A stretch of 64,000 nucleotides of DNA from Blepharisma stoltei ATCC 30299 (lineage: Eukaryota > Protista > Ciliophora), in contig CBFDEM010000001.1 in the NCBI GenBank assembly GCA_965603825.1, positions 124,001-188,000 of the forward strand. The letters are read 5' to 3'. The notes below the pieces were generated by a model. That model worked only from the letters and a program-made list of their open reading frames with translations, made no database searches and was not told the origin of the DNA. Of the stretch, positions 39,801 to 50,535 are shown piece after piece; the first letter of the stretch is position 1, and each line of letters opens with the position of its first letter. The translations under genes were made by a program, and so were the position numbers.

Positions 39801-42800
39801 GGAGGGGCTGTTTATGTTTATCCACAGTTAATTACAAATAAAAGCGGAATTTATATACAAGACTGCAATTTTATTAAGAATAAAGCCCTTAGCTCTGGAG
39901 GAGCTATATATATAGAAGAAGCCAATTTGGGCTCGTCAAAAATAGATTTTCAGATGGCAAATTGTCTGTTTGACGGAAACAGTGCTAGTAGTGGCGCTGC
40001 AATTTTTATTGAAAAAACAGCGGCACTGTCCCAGAGTTCAACTGTTTCGAAATCAAAATTCATTAATAATGCAGCCTCTGCACTTGGAGTTTTTTCAGCT
40101 TTACATTATAACGGAATCCTCACGATCTCTGATTCTGAGTTTTCTAAGAACTCTGCCAAGCTAGGAGCAGCTATTTATATCAATACAAATGCAGACAGCG
40201 ATTCAGTGAGATCACAAACTATTGTAAAATTGTGCAAGATAACTGAAAACTCAGGTGATTCAATTGCCTGTATGGACGATCTCAGTCAATTTTCTTATTT
40301 AGAAACGTATGAATGCATTTTTGACTCAAACTCAGGGACTGCTGTAGCACTAAATTATGATCACTGGGTTGATTCTGGGTCTGTTTTTAGGTATAACTCT
40401 GCAATCAAGAGAGGGGGTGCAGTAAACATGCAGAACGAAGCACTTGGAGAGTCAAAAAACGCCTTATTTTTTAACAATACAAATAGAGGGACTGGGGGAA
40501 CGGTTACTATTAGCAGCCAATCTATTTTTAAATGCAAAACTTGTAATTTCACCAATAATTATGCAGGCAACTCTGGTGGGGTCTTTTTTGTCGAGCAGAA
40601 CTCTTATTTTGCCATACAAAACTCAATTATAACCAAAATTCCTGCATGAATAAAGGCTCTGTCATGTATCTGCTTGGGACCTCTTCAGCGCCTTCTTATA
40701 TAAATTCTACAGATATATACAGAAATTATGCATCTGGAGAAGGGTCCATTGTGCTTTTAGACGCAGCTATCTCTATTTCTAACTCAAAAATCCACGAAAA
40801 TTATGCAGAAAACACGAGCCCCGGAATTCTCTTGACCCTTTCCAGCGCCACTATCTCTGACAGCCAGATGTACTCCCAAAGCGGAAAACAAGGCTGCTTT
40901 GTATATGTATCCACGCAAAGCTACTTTGAAATTTCTAATTCTGATTTTACAGACGGCACTGCTTCTGGCTCTGGTGGGGCTATTTTTTCGATTTCTAGCA
41001 CAATTAATATCAAGAACTGCCAGTTCATGAATATTTATGCCAATTCAGAAGGTGCCATTTTGGCGTACTCTGACTCTATCCTTAACATTCAAGGGTCAAA
41101 CGTCTGAAACACTAGTTCTGACATTTCAGGAGGCATTGTAGGCGCCTCTCAGAGCTCAATTTTAATCCAAAGTTCAAATTTCGACATGTTTTCTCATTCA
41201 GGGATGTATGGAGAAAAACTGCACAGTCTGTCTATTTATGACTCTCGCTTTGATGACGGCCTTGGAGTATATGGAGGGTCTATTTACTGCTCAATGTGCA
41301 GCCAAGTCACTATCAAAAACAGTGAATTTTCTAACTGTAATGCTACTATTGGTGGAGCTGTATATTTAATTACACAGTCAGATTTATTAATCTAAAATAC
41401 TTATGTCATAGAAAACTCCAAATTTATAAAAAATTCAGCAACTAATGGAGGAGCTGTCTATACAAATAACGTCAAATTGTCTGTCAAGAATTCTGAATTG
41501 AGGGAAAACACAGCACTTGCAGCTTATTCAACACTTGTAGGAGGAGCTGTGCAGTATGGAATTGGAGGAGGGCTCTTCTTGAACTGCAGAGATGTGGATA
41601 TTTGTGCATTTAATTTGACAAATAATCTCTTTATCGAAAACGAGGCAAGCTATAACGGGGGAGCTTATTCTTGGAATGACATTATGCCTTCAGTATCTGG
41701 AAACACTTTTACGAATAACTCAGCTGCATATGGCTCTGATGTGTCGTCATACCCAATTTCAATGACTCCTATCTACACTTCTACAGGAAATTCGACAAGA
41801 AGATTAGAAGATACCCCAGTACTGGCAAGCTTAAATGGGATGGCGTCAGGACAGATGACGTCGATACCACTATCTATTGCCCTGGTTGATCATGATAGGA
41901 ATGTGGCTAAAACTGATAACTCAAGCCAAGCAGAGCTGCAGCCAACTGACAGCTTGACTACAATTGGAGGAATTACCAAAGTGACAGCTGTACAAGGAGT
42001 TTTTTATTTCGATGAATTTATTATTGTTGGTACCCTGGGAATAAAACTCAAATAAAGGTCTATACGTCTGCAATATACGTCTCAAAAGCAGAGAAAGCTC
42101 ATGATAGCGCGGTTTACAATTCAGAAATTTTTATTAATGTTACATTTAGACTATGCCAACTTGGAGAGGCCACTGTAGGGGCGACATGCAAAGTCTGTGA
42201 GGCAAATTACTACAGTCTAAACCCTAAGAACCCCTCTTGTCTCGCTTGCCCTGACGGCGGAATCTGCTTTGGAAACTACACGATGGCGCCTAAGTCTGGA
42301 TACTGGAGAGACAACAAGTACACAAATGTCTTTTGGAAGTGTCCGAACTCAGATGCATGCTTAGGCTCAACCAACCCAAACAATATCTCTTACACAGGTG
42401 AGTGTTCAGGCAGCTACAAAGGAAACATGTGTCAGTCTTGTGAATATGGCTACTCAAAGACAGGCGATGACACCTGCAGTCCTTGCCCAGACAAAGCCAC
42501 AAACAGTATGAGAATTATTGGGATCTTCATCGCGCTTATTATCCTTGGTGCAATTATGGTCAAATCTACAAGAGACTCTGCCTTTGTCCCAAAGTCCCTG
42601 ACTTCTGTGTATATCAAAATCTTTATGAACTACCTGCAGCTGGTCATGCTTGTGACTACTATTAACCTAAACTGGCCAAGTCTAGTCCTACAAGTCTTTT
42701 CAACACAAAACAGCGCTGGGTCAGTGAGTGACCAAGTCTTTTCCTTTGACTGCTTTTTACAAACCAGCGAAAGTGACCCAGACCAATACTATTTCAACGA

Positions 42801-44665
42801 GCTGATACTTATGAGTCTGATGCCGATCGGAATATCTCTACTTGCTCTGGTCATTTGGGTTTTTATCGACCTTAAGCGTAAAAGTTTCAAGGATTTTACG
42901 AACGACTATCTACCTGCATTATTTTGCTATTTATCGTGCACCCGAACATTGTAAAGATGATTTTTGGTTCGTTCAATTGCAAGCAAATAAATTCTGGAGA
43001 ATACTGACTCAATGACAATCTTGATATTAGATGCTGGAGCAGTAAGCATTTATTTTATTTGTTTATAGTTTCTATTCCAGCTGCTATAGTTTGGGGAATT
43101 GGAATCCCAGCTGTTTGTTTGCTGAATCTCATGAAGAATAAGAGAAGACTGAACGAATTAAACGTTAGACTTAAATTTGGGTTCTTTTTCAATGGGTATA
43201 CAGCCTCGTGCTACTATTGGGAATTCATTATTTTGTATAGAAAAATATTGATTATATGCTGCTCGGTGTTTCTGGCTAATATTTCAGTCAGCGTTCAAGC
43301 ACTTACGGTAGCGATCGTACTTGCGACTAGCCTTCATCTGCAGTACAGGTACCGACCTTATAACGGAAGACCTTTGAACAAAATGGAGCTTCGGTCTGTC
43401 CTTGTATCCTCTATCACCATTTATTGTGGACTTTACTACCTAACTAATGACCTTGACGACTGGAGCAGCCTAATTTTCTTTTTACTCATTGTCATAATGA
43501 ACCTATATTTCTTATACTTCTGGCTCACAAAGATTTTTCACGCAGGGCTTCTCATGGTCGGTGAAAAGATCCCCTTCATACGAAAATTAATGGGCCACAA
43601 GCCTGATGGTTTTGATGATGAAATTTTCTACAACCCAAAGAAAGGTCACGTGTTTTCAAATGACGGGGAAAAGATGTTTTCAATGTTACATAACATGAAA
43701 GAGACAAAAGAGCGCCCAAGCCTTTTGACCCGAAATACACCATGGCTGATATGTTTATAAGTGTAATTCCAGAATTTGAGGCGGGAAAAGAACTCTCAGT
43801 TGGCAACTATGAGAGCCAAGACTCGATATCTGAGTACCAGACGAGTAGTGTTTTTGAATCAGAAAGAGAAAGACATACAACATCTACACTTCAGGAGATG
43901 AGTGGAGAAGTCCGTGATGAGGAAAGTAGAGAGCTAAGAGCAGGGGAAAGTGAAGAAGAGATTGATGAAAATGAGATTAAGCCAGAGATAAATGACTCTT
44001 CAGTTGAGGAGATAAGAGTTCCTTATACAAAAGAAAAAGTTAAAAATAAATAAGATAACTTTCAGATTTCAGATAAATATCAAAAATTAAAAATTTAATT
44101 TATTCATTTTTAAAAATATTGAAGTTTTGGCTGAAGTAAATAGCCTAATATGCTAAAAAACTCTTATTAATACTCGATTTTGCTTAAGTATCAGTAAAGC
44201 CTTTTATATTTTTAGAGAGCAAGCCACTATGTAGCCATTTAAAAGAGTGATAATTTGAGAAATTCAAAAAGATTACATAAGAGTGAGAGAATTTGAGCAA
44301 ACAAGAAAATTTGTCATTTAGTGAGATATGGCATATATATAGAAACTAAAAGCAATAAAATTTTAGTTGATTTAGAATTTAAATATATTATAAATGTGAA
44401 AATAAGCAATTTGGCTGAATAATAATTTCGAAAGGCATATAAAAGGGAATATATCATCCTCAGGGATTCTTAAATAAATCATTTATTTAGTTTCACAATT
44501 CTTGTAATAAAATTAGCTTTAAAATTCTGCTATCCTAATAACATTTAGATAGCAGAAAGCCTGAGCATAATAGTTTGCTAATAAGCAGCGATTTTAAAAA
44601 GATAAATTATTTAAACTATTAATAACTTTATATTTAAAATTCCTCTAGACCTCATTTTCATAAAT

Positions 44666-45837
44666 CTAAAGAATCATAGATTGATTAGAAAAACTGCTGA
44701 AGGCCCTTTTTCTCATAGAAGACATAAGGTGCCTTGCTGCTTTTTCTTTATTCATTTTATTTATTTGATCTGCTGATATTTTTTTGCTTAATGCGAACCT
44801 GAATAAAAGAGCAATATTTGGAGGACGTTCTGAATATAGTAACCCAGGACAGTATTTTTTCTGTATTAGCACACCAACAACCAATAGAAATGCCCATCCA
44901 ACATATTGAAGCAAGGTTAATATTTCTAATAACCCATCATTGGTGAACTCATATATAGAAGAAATACCCACACTTCAAATAGCAGCTATCATGATTTCGC
45001 AAGACGCATGTACCACAAAGATTTATGGCTTTTTTGCTACTTTTATTGGGCTAATTTTTTTTAATAATATCATGATCTCTATAGAAACAATATTATATTA
45101 AAAATCAGAAAAAATAGGCAAAAACGAGTAAAAAATAGGTAATAAGTACCAAAAAATTTGCTTTGTGGTGGAGGCGTTACAAACGGCCAACAGCTATATA
45201 TGAAATGCATAGTCAAAGATTGCATCTGCTATAATTATACGGTTTTTCTTTAAAAATGCTAAAATGATAAAGGACATTATGAGCAAAATATATATTATTC
45301 CATACAGTGATGGCTGGTGGGCCAGTATTGTATTGTTGAGTACCACTATAATAGCCTGGAATCCACGCTTTTCAAGTAAAAATGTCAGCCTAACCTGCAC
45401 ATTTGAGCTTGAAACTGCATAATCCCAAAATGGCTTTAAATGCATTGCAACAGGCAGGTATAGAACTAATGTAATAATTGATAGAACTACTAATTTAATA
45501 TGTGAGTCTTTCCAACAAAATATAGTGCAATCTTCTTCCATAAAACTGTCTGTAATTTCATTACCTATGCTTTGGTCACATTGGAATACCCCTAATAAAG
45601 TAAAGATTATTGGTGTATAGAATATATTCCAAAGAAAAGGGATTATTCATTCAGGAATTTTCTCATAAATATTCAAAAAAAATAGTTCTATTCTTCCCTG
45701 CCATCTTCAAAGACTCTGGCTAAAAATAATTATGATAAAAGAAAATATTAAGCTTGCATAAAAATAAGATATAAAAGAGAGTTTAGGAGATCCTAAGTCT
45801 AATCGAAACATAGAAATCTTCACCAATTTGTTTGAGT
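44666..45837 (-). pseudogene. Receptor array copy I: TM-module-only fragment of H with no start or ectodomain; frameshifts and a 208-bp insertion
   Basis: Near-identical to H over ~31030-32002, then jumps to H upstream sequence. 1-nt deletions near 45248 and 45655 relative to H. Confidence 0.82.
44983..45197. mobile_element. 208-bp quasi-palindromic insertion bounded by a 7-bp direct repeat CAGCTAT (palindromic IES / MITE-like)
   Basis: CAGCTAT at 44983-44989 and 45191-45197; H has a single CAGCTAT at the empty site. Subterminal inverted repeat ACGCatgtACCACAAAG (45004-45020) / CTTTGTGGTggagGCGT (45161-45177). T-rich left arm, A-rich right arm. Confidence 0.82.
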
Positions 45838-46166
45838 ACTGGTTTTCTTTTGGCGTTTAGACATAAGTTTGAAGTTGGGATTGAACAGATTAAGCAAAGC
45901 CAATAAAGTATTACAAATTTCTAAAAAGATTGCTTTTAAAATTTGTATTAGTAAATTGAAGTATAGATAACAATTTTACAAGAAAAAATATCAAATAGTT
46001 AATAAAATTAATTTTAAATTTGAAATTAAACACTAAATGATTACTTTATTAAAAAAAATTAAATGAAAAAATGAAGGCAGTTTAAGGTTTTTAATGCTGA
46101 TTTATTACAGCCCTGAGTTAATGTAATATTGATGATATTAAATTAAATTGTTTAATGAATAAATTT

Positions 46167-49100
46167 TTAATTGTCAAAATCTGAGTGTTGATTCAATCTA
46201 TAGCTAGAAACATTGGACATCTCATCAAAATTCGGAGTCTTCGAGATACCTAAGTAATTATTATCCACAGTTTCTTTTTTCATTTTATTTATCTCTTTAG
46301 CAGAAATCTGACTTCCCAGACCAAATTTCAAAAATATTGCTATATCTATTCCCTTATCAGTCAACAATAAGCTTGGAAGTAATTTCCATTGGTATATTAT
46401 TCCAGCTATTATAAGAAGAAGTCAAACTAACCATTCTATTATAAATCACACTATTCAATTATCAAATCTTATAAGTCAATAAAGCGATGACAATATAAAA
46501 TTCCACAAAATTGCAAAATATGAAATAATCAGCCAACAATTCATTCTGCCATAGTTATATGGGCTACTTTTAAAACATAAAAAGATTAGCATGGTGAGAA
46601 GAATTACACAGCAGAGACCATGCAAGGCTTCATCATAATTTTTTACAGTTTTATTCATGATAATTATAATAACTTGAAAAACTGTTTTTTCTATAATGAA
46701 AATAGGTCTGGTCTTTATATTAATATGGCTATTAATATTTTCATAATAATTCCTGAAAAAAAGTGCTAAAGGAATAAATACTGTCATAGATATTATTGAT
46801 AAAACTGCTCATACAGAGTAATTATGCTTCCAGCAATAAACTGTGCAGTCATACTTTATAAAAGAATCAGAAATATTTGAGCCTATTCCCTTATCACATT
46901 CAAAAATACTTAAAAGTATAGTAACCACAGGGACAAATAAAACATACCCAATAATAGGCATCAAGAATAAAGCAATGTTTCTAATGTATCTCACTATCCA
47001 AATTTCAAAATTATTGAAACCAAAAAATAAAATAAAAGCTGTAAAAACCAAATAGCAAGAAATGCTCATTGCGGAGCATAAGTAAACTCAGTACATATCT
47101 CCTGCAATTGAAGAATTAAAATTGATGAGTGAATAGTTACATATTTTTGATAATCAGACATTCAACTCAATTATACCTGGACCTTGAGAAATAAATTGAA
47201 AAAAATCCACAGCCAATATTCCCATAAGAAAATAATCCTCAAAATGTATGCGTGCTGGGACTATTAATTTTTCTATATTTATTCTCATTAAGAATTTTTT
47301 TCAAATAAAAAACGACTCAACAATTACAAGGGCTATTATAGCTACTGATATTCCATATAAAATGCTAGCGCCTTTCTCAGAATGATAAATTTTACTTTCA
47401 GGGAATGGACACCCATTTTCATACGCAATAGAATCTGTAGGTGTTATTGTAGAATTATCATATCATAAAATGCTTTGGAATAAAGTAATCAATTGCAAAC
47501 TGTTGGTATCATATATTCCTACTAGTTCTTCATATAATAATTGCGTGCTATTGTCTCAACGTACATTATGAATCCCTATAGTAGGTAAACTTCTCTGATT
47601 ACCATCTGACTCAATAGATATAATCCCAGAACACCCTAAAAATTTTTGTTTTCTCATATTTATATTTAACGCTTGAGAATCTTTTATATTTTGGCCCTGT
47701 CTTATAGTAAATTCTATTCCATGCAGAAGCAACATTGTAGCATCAAAAGAGTAGCAGCTAAAAACTGAGGATCCTCCATACTCTTTTAAATAGCCATTTT
47801 CCAACTTTTTCCCATATTCTCCAAATCATTCAGCATGGAAAACAACAACTGATCCATATAACAATTCAATAAGTTTACTGATCTGTGAGGTATCTGTCTC
47901 CCATGTAAGTGAATATGCAACTCTTCCATTTGATAAAAAAATGGCATCACCCCTTCTCAATCCTGCATCATAAAAGCTTTCAACAACATGATACCAAGAA
48001 GGGACATTCAAAAAAATGACATATAGCCTTACATTTAAGCTTATTAAGCTCTTAAACCAACCCTTTCATTGTGAGTATTTATCTAAAGTGTAGGTCGTGT
48101 TCATTTTCCTCATATCAGGGCTATTTGCAATTTTTATATTAAATTTAGTTGCAGTTTTCATATTAAATTGCTCTATTAATGATATGAAATATTGGCAATC
48201 AAGATCATTAATATCATCATAAAGGACTATAAAATTTTGCCATCTAAAAACAACAGCAAGATCCAGCATAACTTTTGCATTAAATTTGATATCTTTCATG
48301 ATTGTCATAAACTCAGGAAAGTCTGATTTATTTTGTAAAGCGTCTGAAGGAGAGTATGGAGAAACATTAGGTATAGAACAATTTAAGGATCTCAATGTGT
48401 GAATAAAAGAAACACTTTCTGATGAGAAAAGAGATGTTATAAATCCTACAGCTGGGGTGCTCAATGCATGAGAAAAACAGAGATTTTGGTGATGTGTGTT
48501 TCCTGAGCAAAGAAGCTCAGTTGAGGCTATTTCAAAGCCTTCTAAAGAGTGGACACTTTTTCAGTAGAATAAAGTATAAAGGATTCCAGCTGATAATCCT
48601 AGTCCGTTATCATACCATATATTAATATAAGTAAATGGAGAGTTTGGTATTATTAAAGAGTCTCCTGGAAATGAAAGAGGAGCTAGTGTAGTCAAATTTC
48701 CTTCGAAAATATTTCCAGATATAATCTTTTGGTTATTTTTTGTATTTAGAAGAGTGAAGTTTGAAATAGGGTGATTATCAACTGCAAATAAATTGGGAGG
48801 CAAGCAATCTGTTTTCAAGCTAGAAATTTCATAGCAACTTGAATTTTTTAGCAAATCAGGGAGCGCTGGACTTCTATTTTTTCTTAAGTTCTCTGCTTCT
48901 CTGCTATAATAATTATTTAATTTCTGAAAGAGACTGAGATCAGATGAAAATTCTAAATTCAGAATAATTTTCAAAAACTTGATAAACGCTAATCCTTGAT
49001 AACTATAATAGCTATCAGCCATCTCTAGCCCTGATTCTACATAGGCAATTATTCCATTACTATTTAACCCTCAGGAGCCTTCACTTCCCACAATAATTCC

Positions 49101-49745
49101 AGTTCCATTGATAAGCAAGCTTTTTTCTTCTAAAGCTTTCAATAATAATTTTGCACTTTCTCCTTGATTTAGTAGCACAATGTTTCTTATACCAATTGGC
49201 TGTATAACTTTCCCTATAAACAAATTTGCTGAATTTTCATTATTCCCATTAGAGAAAAAGTATCAGCGGTAATCCTTGTCTTTAAAATAATTAGAAAACA
49301 TTTCACTGTTTTTATTGCTAATGTCATCAGAAATTACAATAAAAGTTTGCCAATTGAAATAAGAAATAATCCCATATAAAGCTTCGATTTGATTTTTCCA
49401 AGAATTATGTATAAAAAATTCTCAGTCACTATGGGCTTGAGTGTCGCTATGAATACTGGCGATTATAATTTTTTTATCTTCAGCAAACTTTTTGATTCAT
49501 TCTGATAGTGTGGTGCTAAAAGTGAGATCAAAAATAATATCTGGGCTATATTTAGCCTTGCTTTCGTCCAAAAGACTATCAAAATACATAAGATTAACCT
49601 CAAGCTCATCTTCGAGATTATTTTTAACCAAAGTAGTTAGATTTGAAGCAAAATCAAGGTCTGTAAAATGACTGTAAACTATACCAACAGTAAGCTGACT
49701 TGCTAAACAGATCTTTGCAAGTAGTAAAGCAATTAACATCTTCAT
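46167..49745 (-). CDS. Receptor array copy J, ~1192 aa, frame intact; 40-aa in-frame insert and 8-aa tandem duplication
   Basis: Eight ORF-track pieces from 49497-49745 to 46167-46367 share one frame joined by TGA. Belongs to the divergent J/K/L/M subfamily (PAVGF, VSPY motifs). Confidence 0.83.
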
Positions 49746-50329
49746 TTTTGATTTTTTTTATTTTAATAAAAATATCAGAACTAGAAAAACCGGTTCAGGG
49801 AAGTTATAAAGTAGTCATAAAAATTGTATTCAATATAAAGTTCCTATAAACTTTAAGTTAAGATATGCAGCAAATCAACTTATTATTTACTCAATATTTT
49901 GTTGATAGCTATGACGAAAAATTATTTGAAAATTCTAAATAAGGTCATAAAATAACAAGGAAGACGAAGAGTTTTAGTTTTATTCAATTTTATATAAAAC
50001 TTAAAAAAAGCCCCTTCTCTATTAATCCGAGTTTAGCAATGGCAGATGTGTTTATAGGTACGGTTCCAAAAGCTCTTGAAATTGTATAAAGTCTATTATC
50101 ATACTATACATTGTAAAAACTCTGATTACGATTTAAAATTGTAACTTTCAGCTGAAAGTATAAAAGGAGTGCGAATGGACAAAAGCTTGATGAATAGGAG
50201 CTCTTTCTATTTTTGAATCTTGGTCAAGTATTTAAAGCATGTTGTTCAGTTTCTCTATCTAAACACATTCCACAAAAATCATTTGAATTTTCATTCTTTT
50301 TAATATCGCATTTTCAAATCTTTAAAGGA

Positions 50330-50437
50330 GCTAAATAGGAAATGATCAGCCAAAGATTCATCCTGCTATAATTTTAAGAGTTTTGCTTTAAAATAATTAC
50401 AATTAAGATAAGTAGAAGGATAATGCAGCAAAACCAT
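50330..50437 (-). pseudogene. ~108-bp orphan fragment of a K/L-type receptor TM coding sequence in intergenic DNA
   Basis: gctaaataggaaatgatcagccaaagattcatcctgctata...gcagcaaaaccat matches ~50846-50954 and ~57045-57153. Confidence 0.75.
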
Positions 50438-50535
50438 CATCAGCCCAGGCTCAAATTTTCTGATATATACATTGTAAAAAATCTAGACTATTGCGCATTT
50501 TATTTAAGAATAATAAAGTGTTATTAAAGAAGCTA

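Larger units (their letters stand above)
36479..44053 (+). pseudogene. Large surface protein (~2500 aa if repaired): signal peptide, ~7-8 LNR (Lin-12/Notch) repeats, Cys-rich segment, right-handed beta-helix with PMP-like GGA(I/V)/FxxN repeats, Cys-rich stalk, multi-TM module, acidic tail; 5 frameshifts and 1 in-frame TAA
   Basis: ATG 36479 MVFAAIIALIVAVQA; repeats like LGDGNCDSDCNIRECGYDLGDC; GEGTLESPFETFATAL; NSAGYGGAL, NKALSSGGAI, NEASYNGGAY; TM module IFMNYLQL, DIRCWSSKH, YYWEFIILYRK, RPYN..LNKMEL. Frame changes near 38435, 40637, 42035, 42907 and 43715; TAA at 41393-41395. Confidence 0.75.
44252..45922. repeat. Deleted duplicate of the copy-H locus (~30265-34950)
   Basis: 44252-44400 matches 30265-30436; 44410-45837 matches ~30780-32002; 45843-45922 matches 34871-34948 upstream of H. 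Confidence 0.8.

Noticed and set aside
41393-41395. In-frame TAA as evidence of Condylostoma-style ambiguous stop codons
   Set aside because: It is a single case in a gene with five other lesions. The in-frame TAGs at 36584 and 56082 are intron ends. No internal TAA/TAG was seen in the intact receptors where read.
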